Part shown: positions 57,088 to 64,000 of the stretch, in pieces | Layout: every line of letters starts with the position of its first letter | Position numbering within the stretch: the first letter of the stretch is position 1 | DNA from: Histomonas meleagridis 2922-C6/04-290x | Lineage: Eukaryota > Protista > Parabasalia | Assembly (NCBI GenBank): GCA_020184695.1 | Contig: JAANOX010000117.1 | Span: 124,001-188,000 of the forward strand | Length of the DNA: 64,000 nucleotides | Reading direction: 5' to 3' | Made by a program: the position numbers and the translations under genes | Notes under the pieces: model-generated | The model's input: the letters and a program-made list of their open reading frames with translations, nothing else | Told to the model about the DNA's origin: nothing | The model's database searches: none

Positions 57088-57672
57088 ATGACTGACTGCA
57101 AAGTTGTTGTTTTTGGTGCTGGTGCCGTCGGCAAGTCCGCTCTTACAATCCAATTCGTACAGGGCTACTTCATCACTGATTATGATCCAACCATCGAAGA
57201 TTCTTACAAGCGTGTTCTTCTCGTTGATAACGAAAACGTTCAGCTCGATATCCTTGATACTGCTGGTCAAGATGATTTCGCACCCATGAGAACCTCCTAC
57301 ATGCGTCAAGGAAAAGGATTCATCATTGTTTATGCTATCGACGACCGTGCTTCATTCGAAGAAGCTGAAGCCTTCCACCGTGATCTTACAAGGACAAAGG
57401 GAACTCCAAACGTCCCAGTTGTTCTTTGCGGAAACAAATGCGATCTTGAAGATAAACGTGTTGTTAGCAAGACCGAAGGTGAAGAACTTGCAAACAAGCT
57501 TCATGCTAAATTCTTCGAAACATCCGCCCTTGCTAACATCAACATTGAAAATGCTTTCACTGAGCTTGTGAAGGAAATCCGCAAACAAAATGCTCCAGCT
57601 AACAATGAAAGCAATGCCAAAGAAGGTAATGAAAAGAAGCACCGTAAGGGCTCACGTTGCAACCTTCTCTAA
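57088..57672 (+). CDS. Ras-subfamily small GTPase
   Basis: GAGAVGKS, effector YDPTIEDSY, DTAGQ, NKCD, ETSA and CAAX box CNLL; Inr TCATT at 57076-80. Confidence 0.95.
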   Translation: MTDCKVVVFGAGAVGKSALTIQFVQGYFITDYDPTIEDSYKRVLLVDNENVQLDILDTAGQDDFAPMRTSYMRQGKGFIIVYAIDDRASFEEAEAFHRDLTRTKGTPNVPVVLCGNKCDLEDKRVVSKTEGEELANKLHAKFFETSALANINIENAFTELVKEIRKQNAPANNESNAKEGNEKKHRKGSRCNLL

Positions 57673-58483
57673 GGAATTAAACTAAAAAGCGATTCACCCC
57701 TTTTCGGTTTTTACTTTTTGTAAAGGCAAACAAATTCAATACAAAAACGCTGATTATTCATTTGATTTCAATTCGCATAATTGCATCCGCTTCACTCAAT
57801 TTTGCGAAAATAATTATAACCGCTCTGTAAGTCAGGCAAAACAGCGCGAACGATAGGCCTATCTAAAATTTTGCACAAAAAAGTTGTGTTTGAGTAAGGG
57901 CGAAAAATGATGTTTGCATTTGGAGAATTTATACATAACAGTCAAGAAAGAAATTGTTTTGGAAAGTACTTCAATGACTATAAGATGATTACGCTTAACT
58001 TCTTTTTTTTACAAGTGATTAATAATTATTATCTACTCTATAAACAACGGGATTTATAAGTATAAATAAACTTAAGACAATCGGTAAGGTTGTGAACACA
58101 TGAAAAATTCTTTTATAAGATCAATAAAAATAATTAGTCTATTGATAAATTTTCTTGTTTTTAGCAGTTGAATTTTTATTCCAAAATTTTCCAACATCAC
58201 TATATTAGTTTGTTTGAAACGTTTTTTACAATAGCTTCATTTTATCACATATTTCATTTTTTGTAATTGAATCATATTTAATCATTTCTCATTCAATTAT
58301 TTTACAAATTTCATAAAAATTTTCATCGATCGATGATTAATGTAAATTGTATAGTATCTCAATATGAACAATATTCTTTCTTACCTCACATGTTATGAAT
58401 AATGCGCTGTTACCAGAATATAATTTGCATTTTAACAATTAAAATCGCGCACCACAAAAACAAATTTAACTGCTTCCTTAGCT

Positions 58484-60883
58484 TTAGATAATTTGCATTC
58501 CCATTGTTGTTGCATCATCTTTTTCTGCATTCATTCTCTTTTTTCTTAACACCAAAAACACTACAAGAGCTGCTATAACAATGATAACAACCATCACCAG
58601 CACTGTCAAACCGATTGCCTTCCCAGTGTTACTTGGGCAGTTTGCCTGACTTCCGCTTCCTGCATCTTGGTACACTTCTGGATTACGGCATATAGTTGAA
58701 GTGAAGTTTTCGACGAAACTTTTCACGACCGAAGTATCTCCAGCTTTACCGAATATCACTGGGAATATTTTCACGTCGCATACGTCGTAAGTATCCAATT
58801 CTATAGGCGAAACAGAGAACACTGCCTGCTGCGGTAATATGCTGTTACTTATTGATAATTCGATTGTCCCTTTATCTAATGCTACCCAAGAATGGACAAC
58901 TTTCTTGTTAACGACATCATATAATTCAACAATCGCATTGATATATGGTGATAATTCAGGCATCATAGTTTGTCTCATGTAACGAAGTGTTACGACTGTT
59001 TCTGTTGTGCCTTCATCGATATCAATTCTTTGGAACTTCTTTGGTGAGATTTATCCATTTTCCTTATTAATTACTGTGAAGTTATAAATGAAAGTAACTG
59101 AACGTGTTTCATCTCTTGCAATGAATGATAAATCTTGTCCATCTTTAAAGATTGGTTATGTACCAATTGACATCTTTTCATTAAATGGATAATCAAATAC
59201 ACCTAAGTTATACTTACGTTGTGATGGTGTATTTTCAACAAAATATGTAAGAACGTTCTTAAGTCCGTCTTCATAACCTTCGAATGTTGTATTGACTGCA
59301 ACCATTATTGGCTTCGTAATATCAACATGGTCATCCATCCCAACTTTACATTCAGGTACTATCTTAAAATTCTTTGTTAAGTCATATCCAACGCCACGTG
59401 GACATTCAGGTAATTCATTTGGCATAATTCCGATTACAGTAAATTTGGTGAATGTAATGTAATCATCTTCAATAAGTCCATCTCGATGGAATGTTATTGT
59501 CCATTCACCATTAGCATCTTCGCCAAAGAATGCACGTGCAGCACCAATGAAATGTGTTCCATTTGCAGCTTGATCAACTATAGTTGGCTGTATAACAGTA
59601 AACTTTGTACCTGATGGTGATATCATTTGCATAACAACACCCTGTACATTGTTACTCTTAAGTGTAAACTGAATAGAAACATATTCTATGAAATGTGAAT
59701 CCGTTTCAACTTTAAATGTGAAATTGGATTCTTGTTGTTGGCCACATGGTAAGTAAAATTGGTTTTCGAAATTAATCTTTGATATACTACCATTAACTGG
59801 TTTCCATGTCTTACTTACGTTCACTGCACGTTCTGCATCAACTCGTCCAAACCCAAACATTGGATTATACTTATAACCAGCTGCGTTTGTCATCCATTTC
59901 GGATGATATGGATCTGTAATAGTGGCTGTCTTAATAAGAATTATTTGGACATCGCGAACCAGAAGCTCTGGATTTGCTTCAAGCATTAAGGCAACAACAC
60001 CTGCAACAACTGCACATGAAACATGTGAACCTGTGACTTCGGTAAAACTTGTGTTATCTTCTGAGGATACAGCAATGGCCTTTGGAACGTTACCGCCTGT
60101 GCCTTGATCAGAAGATTGCCCTGTTGCAAGTGCGTTAACAAGAACATTCCCTGAGCCTTCGGAATAGTATGTAATCTCTCCACGAACATTGGATGAAGAA
60201 ACTACAATGGGCTCGTATGAAAAGCCAGATGCTGTGCAACCTGCTACATGCGATTTATGTCCTCTTTGTCCTCCATTCAAAATAAGAATGGTGCCTTTGC
60301 CACCGCGGCCTTTACCAAGGAAGCCTGCAATTTTTTCTTGGGTTTCATCTGAATATTGATATGTGTTTTTTGAATTATATGTATAGGGTTGAACAATAAT
60401 GTCGATGTTTGGTGCAATACTTTCTTCCCAGCTGTAGAATTTATCGTAATCAATCTGTGGAGGATCACCAATCGCGCCAACAGTACAAGATATTTGTGCA
60501 TTATAAGCAATACCCATCATGCCAGTGTTTGAATTGGCAGCAGCAATAATACCAAGAACTGTAGTTCCTCGTTCAGGAGTGGTACCAGTAACATTCCCAT
60601 CATCTGTAAACAAATTTTTCGTAAATTGTGTATCTATACGTCCTTGGAATTTTTCATGGTTAATATTAAAACCTGTATCGATGACATGAATATGTATCCC
60701 TTTTCCAGAATATCCTTGTTCAAGTGCTTATAGAATATTGTTATCGTCTCCCTCTACTGCTGATTTCAAACCTGCACTCATACCAACATTTTTAATCCAG
60801 AATTCCTTTTGGAAGACATCGGTGGGTACAAGGTTTACGAACTCAGAGTGAGCAAGAACAGTAAACAAGAGCCAAGAAAACAT
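58484..60883 (-). pseudogene. Kexin/furin-like S8 protease homologue (signal peptide, S8, P domain, TM); 800 codons with three in-frame TAA
   Basis: One frame from MFSWLLFTVLAHS through GYSGKGIHIHVIDTG, ALMLEANPEL, FGFGRVDA and the P domain to the TM segment. TAA at 60728-30, 59156-58 and ~59051-53; no frameshift. Confidence 0.75.
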
Positions 60884-62083
60884 TTGACATGAAAAATAGA
60901 CGGTTTGAACCAAAATATTTCACAAAGGTCAAAAATTTAATTTTATAATTGAATACCGATCGTACCGATACACTAAATTCAATGTGTGCACAGCTATTTT
61001 ACAGTCAAGCAACCGCCCAATTTGACCGATTAATTAATTTCAATATTGAACCTACACAAAAATCAATGTCAAAAGTGACATGATTGGTGACAGATTTTGT
61101 CATTCTGACTTTTTTTCAAATTTGAGGGGGGGGGGGGTATCCTGGCAAAACTGCATTTCATTCATTCATTCAAAAATTGACTATTTCGACTATAAACGAA
61201 TGCTGATATTTCCATTTATATTGGAAGAGTTTATTTGAAAATTAAATAGTTTATTAATAGAATGGAAAAACTATGGAAAAAATAGTACCCCTATAAAAAA
61301 TTGTTAAAATTATTAGATCAAAATATGTGATAATCACGATTTTATAATTGATTTTAAAATCTCTTAAATATTTAGATGTATATCAAAATCAATCGTAACC
61401 AAATCCTTAGAACCATCAAGAACACACTCATCAATTGGGTCTTTCAAATCGCAAAAGATAGCCATATTCCAACTGAAACTTTTCATTTTGAATCAAACCT
61501 AATTGTTTTCTCATGTGTGTAGATCTATACATGTATATGTATAAATTCATCATTATAATAATCAAGAATATTAGCTTGATGAGTATCATAAAGTTGATTC
61601 TTTCTTCCATATGTTCCTTTAATTAGATTAGATAAGTATGAATCATGATGTACAACAAAACATGTTATTCAACCTAATCCAAGTCCGTAGCTCTGGACGA
61701 TCATCAAATGCACATTAATTTGAATCATTAATGATTAGGATTGTATACAATTAATGTACACATTATTAAAGCCATTTGTGCTATAGTATCCGTGAGGGTT
61801 CCTTTTAGTAAATGATCTTTAAATTATAATTTTTGTGATTCGTTTGCATTAAGAAATCAAAAACCTTCTCAAATTATTCCTACCATATGGATATCAACTG
61901 AGGTTGAAAGCAGCTCCGATGACATAAAAGTATTATCCGATCCCTTTATATCTTTTTTTGTATGCGCATTTTGTATCATCCATTTATTACTAAAAAATTA
62001 CCAAATCATATATAAAATATTTCAAATTTGAATATTATATCAAAATCAAAATAATTAATTTTTATTATACATCCATATTTGCA

Positions 62084-63282
62084 TTATAACAAATTTTCTT
62101 CATCTTCTTTAACAATATCTGCAACTAAATAATTTACATTTTCATTTTGTTTTGTGCTTGATGTTGTTGAATCTTTGAAGTGTAACTTTGAAGTAGTTTT
62201 ATCTTTTTTATTGTTATATTTAACTAAAAATATAACAATTCCGATAATTATCAAAACAAATGCAATTGATCCACAAATTATTCCAATTAAAGCTGGAGTT
62301 GTAATTCCATTTGATGATTCATTTATACTATAACTTATATATGTGTAATAATTTGAATAATAATTATAATACGTCGAGTAAATAACAATTGTGTAATCAT
62401 AAAAAATAAGTTCCGTTTCAATATATGAAAATGTTGAATGACTTATAAACAACGAAAATGATTTCGCTTGTGTTTCATAAATGGCAAATGATTGCGTAAA
62501 CGATAATGAAATAGTTAATATATAAGAAAAAGATAAAGTTAAATAACTTTGAAGTGATTTTGTAAATGTATTTGATTTAGTCAATGTTTTCGATTTAATG
62601 AATGTATTTGATTGAGTATATGTATTTGATTTAGTTAATGTATTCGATTGTGTATATGTATTTGAACTTGAAAATGAATGTGTAAACAATGGTATGCAAA
62701 CTCCTCCTTCATAATCATTCACTGCAAATGGACCAAATCTTGGATCATCATATGTTGGATATGTAAGAACTGTTGCATCAACTGAAAAAAATGCACTTTC
62801 TCCAACCCATGGTCGTGAAATACCATAATAATAAATACATTGAAGATTATAACATTGCGAAAATGCACCATTTGCAATCACTGATAATCCTGTGCAAAGT
62901 GTTAATATCTTTAACCCATAACAACATGAAAATGCTGATGTTCCAATGAATTGAAATGAATTTGGAATTGTAATATTTATTAGTGATATACAATTTGCAA
63001 ATGAATTATCTCCAAAACTTGTTAATCCTGTACCAAATGTCAAAGTGTCAAATTATAACAATTTGAAAATGCTGCGGACCCGGTTTTTGTTACTGAATTA
63101 CTAAATTTAACACAAACTATTGGCCATTCAATAATAGCGCTACCCGGAATTATAGTAATATTTTCACCAATAATAATATTTTCAGTTATATTTGCATAAG
63201 AATTTATATTATTAAAATCATTATCATTTTCGATTAAAAGCGTTGAGTTATCATAATTGAAAATTATTTGATAAGAATTCAT
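62084..63282 (-). CDS. BspA-like LRR surface protein with S/T-rich linker, TM and acidic tail; one frameshift at ~63040
   Basis: FGDNSFANCISLINITIPNSFQFIGTSAFSCC repeats; SNT(Y/L/F)T(Q/K) hexapeptide repeats; TM LIGIICGSIAFVLIIIGIVIFLV. Confidence 0.8.
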
Positions 63283-64000
63283 GAAAAAAAGAACAAATAC
63301 AAAAACTTTTTTGGTTTTGTTTTCTTTTGTTTTCAATTCATCATCTTTTTGATAAACTTTTTTGTAGTAAATATAAAGATTTGTTTTCTAACAAAAATAA
63401 AGTATTTTCGGTTACGATGCAAAACGAAGTTTTTCAATGGATAACGATCGAAACCGGCCGACAGGATGGTGGATGGAGTGCCCTAATGTGGCATTTCTAT
63501 TTTTCCTCAAATTTCCTATCATTCAAAAACCGCAAAATGGAGGGCGTTTTACATCAGAGCCGTATTTTCAAATGAAAAAAATCAAATCACACAAGACATT
63601 AACATGAATTTATTTTTATACTTTGCTATTTGTTCCATTAAAATTAGCAAAGTGCAAATCACTATCATGATAATAACATAATGTATGGTATAATGAATAA
63701 AACAAGTATCCCCGAAGTACAATAGGGATTAAGGTTGTTTCTAAAATTTAAAGATACATAAAGAAAAAAATGATTAATTTCATATAACAGATATTTTTTT
63801 TGAAATAAAATGTTTCCTTATTTTCAATTAAATTAGAAGAGATTAAATTTAATTTAGTTCTTTCATGGTTATTTATTTTACAAACGCACATTGTCAATTG
63901 ATCAAAACAGTTAATTTGTATACTTTACAACAAAGGACACCCCGCTATATAACGTACCCTTAAAAAACATCAAATAAAAATTAGGAATGACGACACTAAC

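Noticed and set aside
61126-61137. G12 run as a G-quadruplex or regulatory element
   Set aside because: Single homopolymer without supporting context; its length is unreliable in this assembly.
1-64000. Genome-wide TAA-to-Gln genetic code
   Set aside because: Actin, RPL5, Ras and most others end at TAA, and long genes (880-aa kinase) contain no internal TAA; only isolated cases exist.

Overview
AT-rich, gene-dense and almost intronless eukaryotic DNA from a parabasalid (trichomonad, Tritrichomonas-like). The assignment rests on DUF3447-type ankyrin genes, BspA-like LRR genes, an initiator-binding-domain gene, a TKL kinase, Myb, and trichomonad-type promoter motifs. Housekeeping genes include U2AF35, UBR7-like, Sec24-like, PPIL4, actin, Ipi1, Vps26, IFT56, CK2beta, RPL5, CTL, CFAP52-like, AHI1-like and Ras. 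There is also a pogo-type DDE transposon, MITE-like inverted repeats and several pseudogenes. Main discovery: in all four full-length ankyrin loci, plus two orphan fragments and a degenerate third, every canonical ankyrin beta-hairpin loop (K-D-x-x-G-x-T-A-L) is interrupted by an insert built of 20-nt units. Each unit is an AT-rich 17-nt spacer (usually RT...TTT, not GT-AG) followed by one codon. Deleting the 17-mers by hand restores open 34-aa ankyrin repeats with textbook loops (KHEYGKTAL, KNIDGETAL, TDENGNTAL, KDYRGDTAL, KNYYGETAL). This points to a 'one-codon micro-exon / codon-cassette' system at the hypervariable binding positions. The processing mechanism (non-canonical splicing, editing, ribosome bypass or DNA rearrangement) cannot be determined from sequence. 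All parsing was manual. Several homopolymer frameshifts suggest assembly errors.
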